Under the pieces are notes generated by a model that saw nothing but the letters and a program-made list of their open reading frames with translations, had not been told where the DNA came from and did no database searches. A DNA stretch of 64,000 bases from Octopus vulgaris (taxonomy: Eukaryota), in contig OX597832.1 in the NCBI GenBank assembly GCA_951406725.2, positions 9,424,001 to 9,488,000 of the forward strand. The letters are read 5' to 3'. This document shows, piece by piece, positions 41,793 to 54,580 of this stretch. Position numbers and translations under genes: made by a program. Positions within the stretch are counted from its first letter, which is position 1. Every line of letters starts with the position of its first letter.

Positions 41793-42085
41793 TTGATACA
41801 ATTCTAAGGCATATATGGATGCATGTAATTGCGATTAAATTATAAATAACAGACACCACTTCAATATAAATGAGACCACAATTTTGACTAAATGAATAGC
41901 GGAGAAACTAATATAAAAGAGGTAGATTTATGCATTGCTCACTGAATGTTATTGTACCAAAATGAGGAAGAGTTGAACATTTTAATAAATGAATGCATGC
42001 ATATACAAGTAACGTAAAAGGTGAAAAATAACTGTTCTTAAAAAGAGAAATGATCATAAAGAGCAGAAACTTTGTGTTGTCGTTA

Positions 42086-42139
<54 letters not shown>

Positions 42140-42312
42140 TAGATAAGAAATATATATTTTTTAACCTTTTAAAACAAGCCTTCTGTAGTTTTTTTACTTT
42201 TTACTATTTTTTTCTCTCTCTCTCTCTCTTCTTCTCTCTCTCTCTCTCTCTTTCTACTTTGATCTTTGATAGGTTTCTCTCTAACTAGCACCACCTGGTA
42301 ATAGCACCACCT

Positions 42313-42363
<51 letters not shown>

Positions 42364-43175
42364 GTGTATATACTTATTTTACAAAATCGAAAGATACACA
42401 CAGACTCGTTCGCAAACATTCACAAGCATTCACACAAACATACACACGCACTCGCTCAATAAGGCACGTGCCTGTAGTCAGCTTGATTGCCGGTAAAGAT
42501 ACATTTGTTTAATCTACTAAATGACTGTCCATTGAGAATGTGTAACCGACAGAATTCTCTAAAATCATTTTTATTATCAACACATTTCTTTGGCAGAAGT
42601 AGCAGAATATGCAAGGTTTTACAGGTTATCCATTTCAAACTTACGGAAACATCCATTGGAAGGGCTTCTCTACAATTTCTGCATAGCAAATTCTGCTTAC
42701 AGGATAGATGTTGAACGAAGGCGAAAGGGATTTTTTTTTTAATAACACGTAAAGCGTATGGACGTAGGATCAAGCATAAGATCTCAGTGGTTGAGGGAAA
42801 CATATTAACCATTCGAGTATAATACAGCACACATTTAAACACATATAGAACCTTTTGCTTTCCCCTCCCATATCTCTCTATATACACTCAAATATACATA
42901 CACACGAATGCATAAATACATATATACATATATGCACATATTTATACATATACTAAATTCACATATGTCCAAATGAATCCTTTTCAGTATCTATTTTTGC
43001 TTGCAATAGCCGGTTCTTTTGGTCAAACTACCGTATGTCTAACTGCTTCTGATACCAAGATATCAAAAATTGTCAAAGTGTAGTACAACGATATTGATAT
43101 GGAATAGTGAAATAATTTTTTCTGTTTTCTGATGACGCTACGTTTTGGACCGGCGACATTGTTGCATAATAGCAA

Positions 43176-43239
<64 letters not shown>

Positions 43240-43616
43240 GTTGTACGTAGCTTGCTTACCAAGCACATGGTGCCGGATTCAGTCCCACTGCGTGGCACCT
43301 TGGGCAAGTGTCTTCTACTATAGCCCCGGACTGACAAAAGCCTTCTGAGTGGATTTGGTAGACGGAAACTGAAAGAAGCCCGTCGTATATATGTATATAT
43401 ATATATATATGTATGTGGGTGTCTCTGTTTGTATGTCTGTGTTTGTCACCCCAACATCACTTTACAACCGATAGTGGGCTGTTTGCGTCCCGTAACTTAG
43501 CAGTTCAGAAAAGAGAATGATAGGATAAGTACTATGCTTACAAAGAATAAGTCCCGGGGTAGATTTGCGCTACTGCAGGCGGTGTTCCAGCATGGCTGCA
43601 GTCAAATGACTGAAAC

Positions 43617-43620
<4 letters not shown>
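43240..43620 (+). mobile_element. CORE-type tRNA SINE family E (OR-like)
   Basis: gtggcaccttgggcaagtg CORE-like motif, internal TA/TG microsatellite and 3' cagtcaaatgactgaaaca. Confidence 0.85.
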
Positions 43621-43675
<55 letters not shown>

Positions 43676-43744
43676 CATGCATGTATGTATGCATGTATGT
43701 ATGTATGTATGTATGTATGTATGTATGTATGTATGTATGCATGA

Positions 43745-44000
43745 AGGCAAATGCTTCCGTGGTTAGACCCTCGGGCTCACAATAATGAGGTATTGAATTT
43801 GATGCCTGGAGTAAACTGTGTGTTGATTTCTTGAGCAAGATACTTAATTTCACGTTGCTCCAGTTCACTCTGCTGTAAAAATAAGTTTCGACCTCACTGG
43901 TGCCATGTTGTATTGACATTTGCCTTTCCCTTGGATAATATCGGTAGCGTGCAGATGAAAGGATGGCATGCTTGGGCGAGTGCAAGGCATACATGTTGCT
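43745..44000 (+). mobile_element. SINE family F
   Basis: Similar to 28080-28345. Confidence 0.6.
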
Positions 44001-44004
44001 GCAA

Positions 44005-44545
44005 GTCTTTTCATTGTCTGAAACTTCATTGACAGGAGCATCAGGACACAACAGTCATATCAACAAGTTCGTCAATTGTTCGGCGACCATCCTCCCGTAT
44101 CAGATTACGAATTTTCGTGATGTTTACATACGTTTGAAAGAAAGACAGGTGTCCTGAGAGAGGTTGGACTTTAAGCGATAAGGAACTATTCCTGAAGCGT
44201 GAAAATCACTCGCAAACCAGTGTTTTGCTCATGACAACGTCCTTGGAAGCTATTTGAAGAATGACAACTGCTTCGGTCGCCTTGTTTTTATTTTTCAGCA
44301 CAAAACAGAATTTCCTGGAAGAATGATGTTCTTCTCTTTCAGCCATCGCAAAAATCGGCGAACAAGCGAGAAGCACTGCGGAACAAAGATACATCACGTG
44401 GCAGTACGAAGTCTCTCGATGACGCCGGTCAACAAACTGATGCTGCAGGTTTGCATCAGATGGCATCTAGCGGCGGAAGCCTCAACTACAACAAGCTTAT
44501 CCAACAGAGAAAGTGTTTAGGTTACTTTTGGGTTAACCCTTGTGA
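44005..44545 (-). mobile_element. Mariner 5' fragment (TIR and N-terminal HTH)
   Basis: MAEREEHHSSRKFCFVL..KATEAVVILQIASKDVVMSKTLVCE*FSRF resembles EQR..KFCF.LGKTATET..L..A....MS.T.V.EWF.RF. Confidence 0.75.
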
Positions 44546-44550
44546 ATATG

Positions 44551-44629
<79 letters not shown>

Positions 44630-44644
44630 GTAAATATATATATA

Positions 44645-45300
44645 TTCCAGTCGAGAGATTCCCACACTATTATCCTTCTCTTCTCCACTTTTGCCCGACC
44701 CCACCTTCAATACTGCTGTCCACTGTGGTCTCCCTACACAAAACAAAATATTATGAGAATTGAAGCTCCCCGAAGGTCAATCACAAAAAAGATAGATGGC
44801 ATGTCAGACCTTGACTACTGGGGTAGACTAGAGAAGCTGAAACTGTATTCACTCCAACGACGCCGTGAACGCTACATTATCTGTATGATGTGGAAAATAT
44901 TCCATCAGCACTGTCCGAATGATGTTGGCATCACCTTCAAAATACATCCTAGGGTTGGACCACGTGCAATCCGTCCACAACAAAAATCTAAATCGCATCA
45001 CATAACGACAATACGGCACAACTATTTCACCTCAATTGGACCCGCTCTCTTCAACATTACACCAGGACACATCAAAAAAGAAACTGACCACACAAAATTC
45101 AAGAAGTCTTTGGACGAATTCCTTCAAACAGTCCCGGACAAACCACCCACTACCGGATATGTCTCCGCAAACAATAACTCTCTGCTCGAATGGGCCTTGG
45201 TGCCCAAATCCTGAATTGAAAGACGTCGCCAGGTGGTGCTATTAAGTTAGACATGGCCTGGGCCAATACTGGCCGAAACCTTTCTAAGTTATCCTAAGTT

Positions 45301-45301
<1 letters not shown>
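44645..45301 (+). mobile_element. 5'-truncated, relatively young CR1-clade LINE (RT C-terminus plus 3' UTR)
   Basis: Open frame to 45214: LFSTFARPHLQYCCPLWSP..DYWGRLEKLKLYSLQRRRER; tandem tail ctaagttatcctaagtta; flanked by (TA)n. Confidence 0.9.
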
Positions 45302-45332
<31 letters not shown>

Positions 45333-46154
45333 TATTTGTGTGTATGTGTGTGTTTGAGTGAGTGTGTGTGTGCGTGTGTGTGAATGTGTGTGTGTCTGTT
45401 TATAGGAAGGAAGAGAGAGAGAGAGATAGAGAGAGAGAGTTAGAAATCGACATAATACGTGTATTGTGGAACAAAAAGATACAGAATACAGAAGAAAGAC
45501 AATACAGTAACTGATTTGTGCAGTGCTATATATAGAAAGAGTATCTATATAATGAATGTGTGAGCGTTTGTGTGCGTCTATTTTCTAAGCTGACGTAAGT
45601 TCAACAAACATAATTGTAATGAGACTAGACTCTTTCATGTAAATTTCTTAATGCGTTCATTACAAATTATTCTTAGCTCCAGCGAAAAAAATAAATAATG
45701 AAACGTATTAGAAACTTGCTGTTCAAGCACGCACACAGCTCAGATTTAAATACATGACCACAGCGAAATAAACTTTGTAGAGCAAATATATTTAATGTAA
45801 CATTGCTACTTGAATATTTTGAAATATCTCATCAAAAAGAAAAAAAAACAGGCAAATGTCAGAGCAAACTCAAGTATAGTAATTGAATTTCAGAATAACA
45901 AGAAAGTTATATTAATCGAGTTAGAAGAGAACTGGTCAATATATATTATAATATTTTTTAACGATTAAATTTAATATAAATATACTTCTCTTATTTTCTA
46001 GATTGATGAGCAGATTAGAATAGATTTTAGAACAAATTTCACCTACAAAACGCATTTACAAACCATTAATTTGTATTATGCTAAGTTTCCTTAGAGCTAA
46101 AGACGCAACGAAAAAAGCCCACTATGTTTATCATATAGTTCATACATTCTAAGA

Positions 46155-46320
46155 CAGTAACTTGGTAGAATCGTTATCACAGTTTATATTCTGAGTTCAA
46201 ATGCCATCGTGGTCACCTTCGCCTTTTATCTTTTCGAGCTCAATAGGTAACTGTGCAACTCATGGTAGATGTAATTGATTCACTCCCTCTCCCAAAATTG
46301 GTAGCCTTATGCGACAATTT
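46155..46320 (+). mobile_element. Degraded SINE family B
   Basis: ttctgagttcaaatgccatcgtggtcaccttcgccttttatc. Confidence 0.55.
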
Positions 46321-46406
46321 TAACCGATATAATTTTTTATATTATATATGAATACATACATACATACATACGTACATATATACATGTATGTATTATATCT
46401 AATATC

Positions 46407-46462
<56 letters not shown>

Positions 46463-46569
46463 GAAAGAGAGAGAGGCAGAGATACAGAGAAAGAGATACA
46501 TACGTATACATGTATTCATTTATTTTTCGTATGTCTCTGTGTATAAGCATATTACTTAAAGATATACGC

Positions 46570-47770
46570 GACATACCACCAAAGATTGGTTATTCGAAAG
46601 ATTACGATAGCGTTCACCACCAAAATTTGAAGGCCGTCCTCACAGCAGCCTGTTTCGTATCTGTCTTTGGAGGTTTGAACACAGCTATATAGCACTAGTT
46701 GAATGTGAATGGTCACCTATTGCAAACACTCATAAAGTTTTTCCCTAATCTGTTCCCTCCTTTCTTAGAACACGTGCCGTAACCCTGACAATGCATCATT
46801 CGTGCTTAGCTTTGAAGAATTGATCCAAGACAATAGTGACGCTGGGACGGTGTGTGCGATGACTTTGAAAAGGGCATTTTCTAAGTTACGCTCTAATTCA
46901 TTGCCTTTTTATCGCTAATTCCTAATGGATTCTACTCTGACTGACCTTTTCAAGGCAAATTACCATTTCCTACTGACGATTGTACCTATCAACGCTTAAC
47001 TAATTCGCTACCTGCTAATCCGATCTTTCAAAGTTTAGCATGCCAAGAGTAACCTGTTCGGCTGCCAGTAACCGTGTTCCTGCCTACGAAGTGTGTCTTA
47101 GTCGACCATGCAAATCGCAAATTTTTAATCTGTTTAGCCGAACTTATTAATACATGGACAACTTATACTATACCGAATACACGATCTAAATACAAATTAG
47201 ATGAACCAATGTGGTTCGTCCATGTCCTAACTGATACATTTTGGAAATCCAGTTGGCATCTATCAGTCAGTAGGAAATCTTCTAGCAGCTAGCACCACAC
47301 GATCTAAACGTGCCTCCAAGATAGCGTTCCAGTCACCCTTCAGCATCAAATATCAAGATCTTCTCAGGAAAACCTCCTGAATTTTGAAGAATTCTCTTTG
47401 TCTTCTCATGACGGAGCATTATTATCCACCATTTTAAAGGCACCCCCGTCACTAATGTTCATATCGAGGAACACAAACTTAATTTCTACGTGCAGGGAGA
47501 TCGTACACATCTTCAGATTCAGGCTTCTCCGGAACTACAGCACAGTTAAATCAACCTCCATTCAAGGTTGATATGGAGATAAGTAAATATCATATCCACC
47601 AAAAATAGGCATGAAAGCTTGTCGGTCGGAGATCCGGTTTTTCCTGGTAACCACTACAACTAAACTCAGTGGCCTGTAGTTATGTAGTAGATGGGCTTGT
47701 TTCCGAGGCGACCCATGGCCATGTGCATTTGTACTACTTATTCTGAGCAAGGCCTTCTTTATCAAAATGA
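46570..47770 (+). mobile_element. Decayed L1/Tx1-clade LINE RT region
   Basis: SKDYDSVHHQNLKAVLTAACFVSVFGG..AI..NVNGHL resembles Tx1 DQSKAFDRV.H.YL..VL...GFG..F..WI..Y..VNG. The 3' boundary is uncertain. Confidence 0.55.
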
Positions 47771-48689
47771 AAAGTATTACTTACACTATTTATGTGGAGA
47801 GTTATATGATCTGTCTTTCTGGCTATTTCTATGGATCTCCACAAGCATTTCTTTGTAGATCATTTTCTTTTTAAGTACACAAAAATCTCCCATTCCCTTG
47901 GAATATTTTGCTTTCAGTCTGATTATATGTTTGTTGAGATGTTTTTATAATGTTTATGTGAATAGAGGCATTTGGCGGGGCTGCAATGTATTAATTTAGA
48001 GTAATGGCTGTGGCGTTTTGAATATGCATTAAGTTTCTTGTTGTTTTTGTCTGTAGCCGTGTAATTAATGATGACTTGGGAGCGCTGTTGTTGGTTTGGA
48101 TTTCTGTGTTTCTACTTGTCACAGTGTTTGTAATGTTGGTAGTATTTATAGTCTTGGGGATGTTTGTAATTGCGTTGGTGTAAGGTATGTGGGTATGTGA
48201 TTGTTTGCTAGATGCTGCTTCATCTCTTCTGTTATTTTTTCTTTTCATCTCATACCGCAATTTTCATTTTCTAATTAATATTTTTCTTTTTTTCTTTTCA
48301 CCAGGATAAATTCTGTTGTTTCCATGACCGGTTTTTTCGCTAGACGAGATTTCACAGTCGGAAAATTCTGCGAAAGGAAGGAAATGTATGTCTGTACCTT
48401 AGTGCATTTCAAAGATGGTGGTCTATTCGAGTGGTGTTTTAAGGCGTAACTTGAGGGCGACAGTGTTGTTGCTATTATGGCTTTTCTCGTGTGTGATACT
48501 GGTGCTCCATGCTAACGTTGTTGAATGCCTTTCTCCTGCTGCTGTTTCTGTTGATGCTATTACTGTTTTACTTTTGAATGCATGCTGCTGTTCATGGCAT
48601 CAGTGGTTTTTGTTTCCTGCGCTGCTGTTGTTTTTGATGCTGTTGTCATGATAGAGGTATCTGGAGCAGCGGCTCATCTTCCTTTCATT

Positions 48690-49075
48690 GCATGTGCAAA
48701 AAGCATTTAAGTGGTTTGATTCACAATAATGGTGGTATCCCGGCTTTGTACAATCTACAGCTAGAGATAATTGTTTCCATTGGCTTGATAGATATTTCTA
48801 GATGTCTAGATGCTTCCTTGCTTCTCCCACACGGATGTCTGCATGAATTGATCGATGCTTTATTCTTTGCTTCTTTGGTAATGTTGAAAGGGCAATTTCT
48901 TCAGTGGCTGTTACGAGATTATTATATTGTGTTTCAATGTCGTCAGTATGCTCTGTGAGCATTTCAAATCGGTTTTTAACATCTACTGCAAATGAGTGTG
49001 CTAGGTCTTTATCTGATGATACATTGGATGAGTCCATCTGTTTCATGTGGTTTGGAATTGGTTTTGTTTGTAGTC
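48690..49075 (-). mobile_element. RTE-like LINE fragment (EN-RT linker)
   Basis: LAHSFAVDVKNRFEMLTEHTDDIETQYNNLVTATEEIALSTLPKKQR fits the NRF..L / A.E.L pattern of RTE ORFs. Confidence 0.6.
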
Positions 49076-49084
49076 TAGGCTGAG

Positions 49085-49500
49085 GCAATGCGTACCTGTT
49101 GTGTGCGTTGCACTTGTTTGAAGTGGCAAAGCGAAACAATAGGAGAACAGAGAGGAAGTAATAGAAAAGAGAGAAAGAAAGAGACAGTGAATGGTGACGG
49201 CGTTCGTTTTGTGTTTCTAAATGTTTCAGAGAGGACGTAAGAGAGTAAAAAAGAGAGTGAGAGAGACAGTAAGAGATTGAGAGAAACAGTAAGTGGTGAC
49301 GGCGTTCGTTTTTTGTTTTTAAATGTTTATCACGCAGCAAGAGAAGTGGGTACATAGATACATATACACATTTTTAAATTGTTAAAACAAAAGCGGGAGA
49401 GAAGACGGACACAAAGTAAGAGAAAGAGAAAGAGAGAAAGTGTAAGAGACAGAAGATTCATAAATCCAAAGAAAAGCTCTTAGATACATAGACAGAGCAC
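49085..49500 (+). repeat. Purine-rich repeat with two ~100-bp-spaced direct units
   Basis: tggtgacggcgttcgtttt..taaatgttt occurs at about 49192 and 49293. Confidence 0.7.
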
Positions 49501-49539
49501 ATATTGGCTGTCAATTTCACTTTTCATTATCACATGAGG

Positions 49540-49665
49540 ATAAAATCGACTCACAAGTGGTTGAGTACTCCACAGACATGCATAACATTAAAGTAGTTCC
49601 CAGGGAGATTCAGCCTCACACAGACTATTACATGGCTTGCCCCTTTGAATTGCAGCTACAACTCG
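49540..49665 (-). mobile_element. SINE fragment family G
   Basis: Reverse complement resembles 56075-56180 (ctgaatctcc.tg.g.actac.ttaa..ccacttg). Confidence 0.5.
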
Positions 49666-49799
49666 AGGTATATATATATGAATATATATGTGTGTGTGTG
49701 TGTGTGTGTGTAATATAGGTTAGTTAAAACATATTTGCAATTATAAATGTCACGTGGTGGAAATAAAAGCAATTACCAAACTTTCATAAATCCATTTAT

Positions 49800-50522
49800 T
49801 ATTTCGTTCTTTTGCATTTCAATTTGTACATTTCTGCCCAGAAATTTTCAACAACTGCACTCCAAAAGAAATGGGAAAACGAGTAGTTTTATCTCCTAAA
49901 AGTTCTGACTCTCTTACAATAAATTAACACAGTTTTTAATGTTATACCAGAGGCGCTTAAAACGTACTTCAGCACATATTCAGTGTCCTGCAATAATGAG
50001 GAGAAGGTTCAGAACTATCCATTTGAATTCATAAACTCACCCACTCCTATCCGGTATGCCTCCTCATTGCCTCAACTTAAAAGTAGGGGCCATTGTAATG
50101 TTGCTAAGAAATGTTTTGGATCAGTCAAGGGTTATGTAATGGAACTCGCATGAAAGTGCAAATACTTCATGAACATTGTGTAGAGTCATCATTAGTAACA
50201 GGCTCCAACAGAGCTCGTACCGTTTTAATTCCTTGAAATAAACGTGCTCCAAGAGATACAAATATTCCATTCACACTAATCAGACTTCAGTTTCCACTTC
50301 GACTTGCATATTCAATGACAATTAATAAAGCTCAAGGGCAAACATTTGAAAAAGTTGGATTACATTTGCCTGAACCGGTATTTCCTCGTGGCCAATTATA
50401 TGCCACATTTTCAAGAGCATGAGCTATGAACAATATCATCGTAAGAGTTATGATACTCAATTGGGATGCCACACAAGGACAAATCATGGTGTGACATGCA
50501 CACAAAATATTGTCTACCATGT
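49800..50522 (+). mobile_element. Helitron PIF1-type helicase C-terminal remnant
   Basis: RVVLSPK..KTYFS..NYPFEFIN, SGMPPHCLNLKVGAIVMLLRN, GLCNGTR and LQFPLRLAYSMTINKAQGQTFEKVGLHLPEPVFPRGQLYATFSRA; frameshifted. Confidence 0.9.
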
Positions 50523-50700
50523 AGTAATGTGGGGAAGACCACCGCATGAGCTAGCATCACCAGCACACCAGCCACTCCAACATTACTCATCCACATTACA
50601 CCTTTAAAATCGGGGAACCAGTTAAGGCCCTGCAGGATCTCTCTAGGCATACCAGCAAACCACAAAATCGCGCCAGCCAGCATCATTACTACCGCCAAGC

Positions 50701-50750
<50 letters not shown>

Positions 50751-50789
50751 TATGTGTGTGTGTATGTATGTATTATGTAAGTGTGTGCA

Positions 50790-51000
50790 TTTGTGTCTGC
50801 GTTTGTTCCACCACAAACATTGCTTGATAAGCGACGTTGGTGTGTTTGCAACCCTGAAAATTAGTTGTTCAGCAGAAGAGACAGGGAGAATAAACACCAG
50901 GCTTACGGGGAATAAGTCCAGGGGCTCAATTTCTTCGGCGGAAGAGTGATGCTGTAGCATGGCCACCGTCGAATGACTGAAACAATTACAATAATGAAAG
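50790..51000 (+). mobile_element. SINE family E, 3' half
   Basis: cattgcttgataagcgacgttggtgtgttt..agcatggccaccgtcgaatgactgaaaca. Confidence 0.75.
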
Positions 51001-51179
51001 AATACCAGAAAAAAAACATTACGTACCACTAATCCAAGAAGGCTCTTTCAATACGCACGATGTATTTTAAGGTTAAATAGTAATTCAGATTACGTTTGTA
51101 AAACTAAGATAATTTGTTTGGATTATATAGTCATGGGTGTTACATTACTTTCAATATTCTGTAACTCTCACAATACACT

Positions 51180-51328
51180 TTTCTAGGTCGGAGATTTTCG
51201 CAGGGAGGGGGGCAGTTGATTAGATCTATCCCAGTGCACAACTGGTACTTAATTTATCGACCCCGAAAGGACGAAAATTACAGTCGTCCTCGGCAGAATT
51301 TGAACTCATAACATAAAAATAGGCGGTC
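51180..51328 (-). mobile_element. SINE family B, partial
   Basis: actggtacttaatttatcgaccccgaaagga..cctcggcagaatttgaactca. Confidence 0.8.
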
Positions 51329-51431
51329 ATAATATGCAAACATTCCTCATGACAGTAGTACACTGTTTACAGATGCTTACACGTTTTATGTTTTCCGTGA
51401 ATTTTTCATGGGTCTAGCTAGTTATTATTAA

Positions 51432-51486
<55 letters not shown>

Positions 51487-51488
<2 letters not shown>

Positions 51489-51807
51489 TGAAAGAGAGAG
51501 CAGCGCATGCCATCAAAGTGATACTGGGTTGAAATAGACGAAGCTTAGTATAACCATTATGACTACGGGGCACATGCATCACAACCATATATGCGCGACA
51601 TGGGGATCTCCCCTCAAGATAAACAGTTCATAACCTTGCAGTTGTGGACCAGTGAGCATTTTCTTCAGGTCCAGTAGACCACCCCGCTCAAATGGTCCTT
51701 GAATAAGGGTTATTTAAGGATGTTGAACGAAAAACCTACGTTCCCAGACGTTATTTATTCAAACCCCAAAGAATACTTCTAAACACATGGCTATTATGTT
51801 CCCCCAA
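51487..51807 (-). mobile_element. ~320-bp non-coding element embedded in (TAA)n
   Basis: Block flanked by (ATT)n on both sides with no ORF. Orientation is inferred from the longer TAA tract. Confidence 0.55.
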
Positions 51808-53001
51808 TTATTATTATTATTTTTAATATTGTTGTTGTTTTTGTTATGCTGTTGTTGATGTATTTGTTTTGCCATAATTTTTAATGTTATCAACATCATC
51901 TGCCTTTCTGATTATCTTTGTCATCAGTTCAACTGCGCCATTATTGATATTGATATTACCTAGATTACTATACACGGGATGCATTACTAAAATCAATAAT
52001 AAACACCCACCAATTACAAACATAAGACTGTGCGTCGATAAATCAATTGTTAGCACACAGCTTCATATTTGCCTTTGTCTACGTCTGTAAATAGTTTATT
52101 CTTTCACTGATATCTCATTTTCTTAATATGACTCCACTCAAAATGTTTGCTAATCACTGATACAACAAATGAAATCAAATACCGATCTCAACACCTACAG
52201 TATTGATAATAATCTCCACCCTCTTAATCCTTTTTCCCTTATTATGTCTATTTAGCGAAAATGAATTGGAGGTGCTTTGCGAAGTAATAGAGAGCTCTTA
52301 CAACGTTATTTCAGCAAATAAATCGAAAGATACTTTCAGAAACCGAATCACGACTGTTTTTACAATGCACACACTTCGATGCATTTCAACATACAGAAAC
52401 ATATAGGCGCACATACATAGTCTCATGCGTGCATATATACGCACAGGCAAACATACACGTAAGTACACACAAGCACACACACACACACACATAAATACAG
52501 ACAAAGACTCATATGTAGTTTCTGCGTCTATTCGTGAGTGCACGTGCGTGTGTTTTTTTTGCGTGTATGTGCATGTATCCAATTTTTTTTTAATGTTTGT
52601 TGCAGAGGAATCAGAGGAATGAATTTACAGAAATATTTGAGGAGTGACAGAATATATGCCTTGTATCATTTGGACAGGCCCTTTACATACTTAATACAGG
52701 ACCACCAATATCAAACTGTAATTTTACACTGTCAGTATGAATAGAGTAATGCGAAAACCAATTGAAATACTAAAACAGACTACATCGACTTCAGCATCGA
52801 CCTCTCAAAATTATTGCATTTATGCCTACCTGAAGATGTATATTTTAAGCAACTTTAAGTATAAAGTAATAGTGTTGTCAGTATTTACACAGAGGAATAG
52901 AGCCAACTTTCTTCTGTAATTCCTTGCCTCTCGAAATTGAATATATATATATATATATATATGTATACACACATACACACACACGCATACACACACACAC
53001 A

Positions 53002-53069
<68 letters not shown>

Positions 53070-53325
53070 CAAAACTAAGGGTGAAAAAATTGGATATTAA
53101 CTTAATAATACCATCAACTTAACACCAAGTGTCTTAGCGCATAAAAAACAGGGATACAATAAAAATTTATACACAAATATTAGAGAGTGTCCACTATGTT
53201 GTCGGCTCTTGCGCTAAAAATAGATCCGCTATGGTTTCAACCACCAAAAATTGTTTCCAAGCAGAATTAGCACAACTATGAGCGTACACGAGCAGAGCAA
53301 ATGAAAAATAACAAAAATGTAGATT

Positions 53326-53404
53326 AATTCTAGACAATTGTTTTACTATTAATGAATTATGCAATTTTACTTACACAATATATCTATAGCCCATCAGTTG
53401 AATT
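53326..53404 (-). ncRNA. Type I hammerhead ribozyme, mutated copy
   Basis: aattcaa-CTGATGG-GCTAT..ATAGT-AAAAC-AATT-GTC-tagaatt. Confidence 0.7.
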
Positions 53405-53786
53405 TGTCTTGAATACAATTTACTAAACTGCACGCCAGATTTTAACATAACGTCAAACACACGTGTGGTTTAGTCGATTATATTCGCAGTTATGATTCGA
53501 ATGCCCTCATTATAGCGCGCCAAGATACCCGGAAACAAATACTGCATAAAAAATTTAATGCAGTATAATTAAAATAAGAAATAAGGGTGAACAAATTGGA
53601 TATTATTTTAATAATAATATGATTATAATGCAGTAAATTTTTTATGCAGTATTTGTTTCCGGATATCTTGGCGCGCTATAATGAGGGCATTTGAATTATA
53701 AATGCGAATATAATCCGCAAAACCACACGTGCGTTTGACGTTATGTTAAAATCTGGCGTGCGGTTTAGTAAATTGTATTCAAGACA

Positions 53787-53865
53787 AATTTTACTGATGA
53801 ACTATGTATATATTGTGTAAGTAAAATTGCATAATTCATTAGTAGCGAAACGATTGTCTAGATTT
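53787..53865 (+). ncRNA. Type I hammerhead ribozyme with intact catalytic core
   Basis: aatttta-CTGATGA-aCTAT..GTAGc-GAAA-C-gatt-GTC-tagattt; predicted cleavage after 53858. Confidence 0.8.
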
Positions 53866-54045
53866 AATCTACATTTTTGTTATTTTTCATTTGACCTGCT
53901 CGTTTACGTTCATAGTTGTGCTAATTCTCCTTGGAAACAATTTTTGGTGGTTGAGACCATAGCGGATCTATTTTTAGCGCAAGAGTCGACCACATAGTGG
54001 ACACTCTCTTATAGTTGTATATATATCTATATGTATATATATATA

Positions 54046-54116
<71 letters not shown>

Positions 54117-54117
54117 T

Positions 54118-54580
54118 CACAGCTTTAAAAGCATAATTACTCAAAATACAACACAACACGAAACCAGCTGTTCCTGCAGGGATAAAGACTTGTGCCCGCT
54201 AAATGGAGTCTGCATCACCGAGGCCATTATTTATGGAGCCACCGTCAATTCTACGACCGCTAAATTTACAGTTTCATCGAAGAGATATATGGGTTTCACT
54301 GAGGGAAATTTCAAAGCAAGATTCAACAATCCCACCTAAAGCTTCAGAAAAATTACCACATTATCTAGTTATGTGTGGTTCTTAAACGAACAAGGTGTCA
54401 TTATTTACTGAAAGATCTTAGCCAAGTGTAAACCTTATAAAAACGGTTGTGGCAAGTGTGTTCTTTGTAATATGAAAAGATGGCTCATTCGGAATAGCAC
54501 CTTGTAATCCGCTACATGTCTAAATTCAAGCAATGAATTTTTTCTATCATATCGACATATCACAAAATACTTGCTACTTG
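54118..54580 (+). mobile_element. Penelope-like GIY-YIG endonuclease remnant
   Basis: CSCRDKDLCPLNGVCITEAIIYGATV..KRYMGFTEGNFKARFNN, then TTLSSYVWFL, KCKPYKNGCGKCVLCN and LNSSNEF..RHITKYLL. Confidence 0.85.

Larger units (their letters stand above)
53070..54009. mobile_element. Penelope-type pLTR in partial-tandem plus inverted arrangement
   Basis: Arms 53182-53569 and 53622-54009 are gap-free diverged reverse complements. The spacer repeats 53072-53110 (offset 506 bp). Flanked by (TA)n. Confidence 0.8.

Noticed and set aside
42640-42700. Possible 48-nt minus-strand exon (cag|..|gtaagt)
   Set aside because: Poor polypyrimidine tract and no recognisable peptide; such sites occur by chance.
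47990-48660. Thr/Asn-rich minus-strand ORF pieces, perhaps a LINE ORF1
   Set aside because: Low complexity with no diagnostic motif.
50520-50705. GC-richer block starting TGTAGT after the Helitron relic, LTR-like
   Set aside because: No second LTR, PBS, PPT or CA end is visible.
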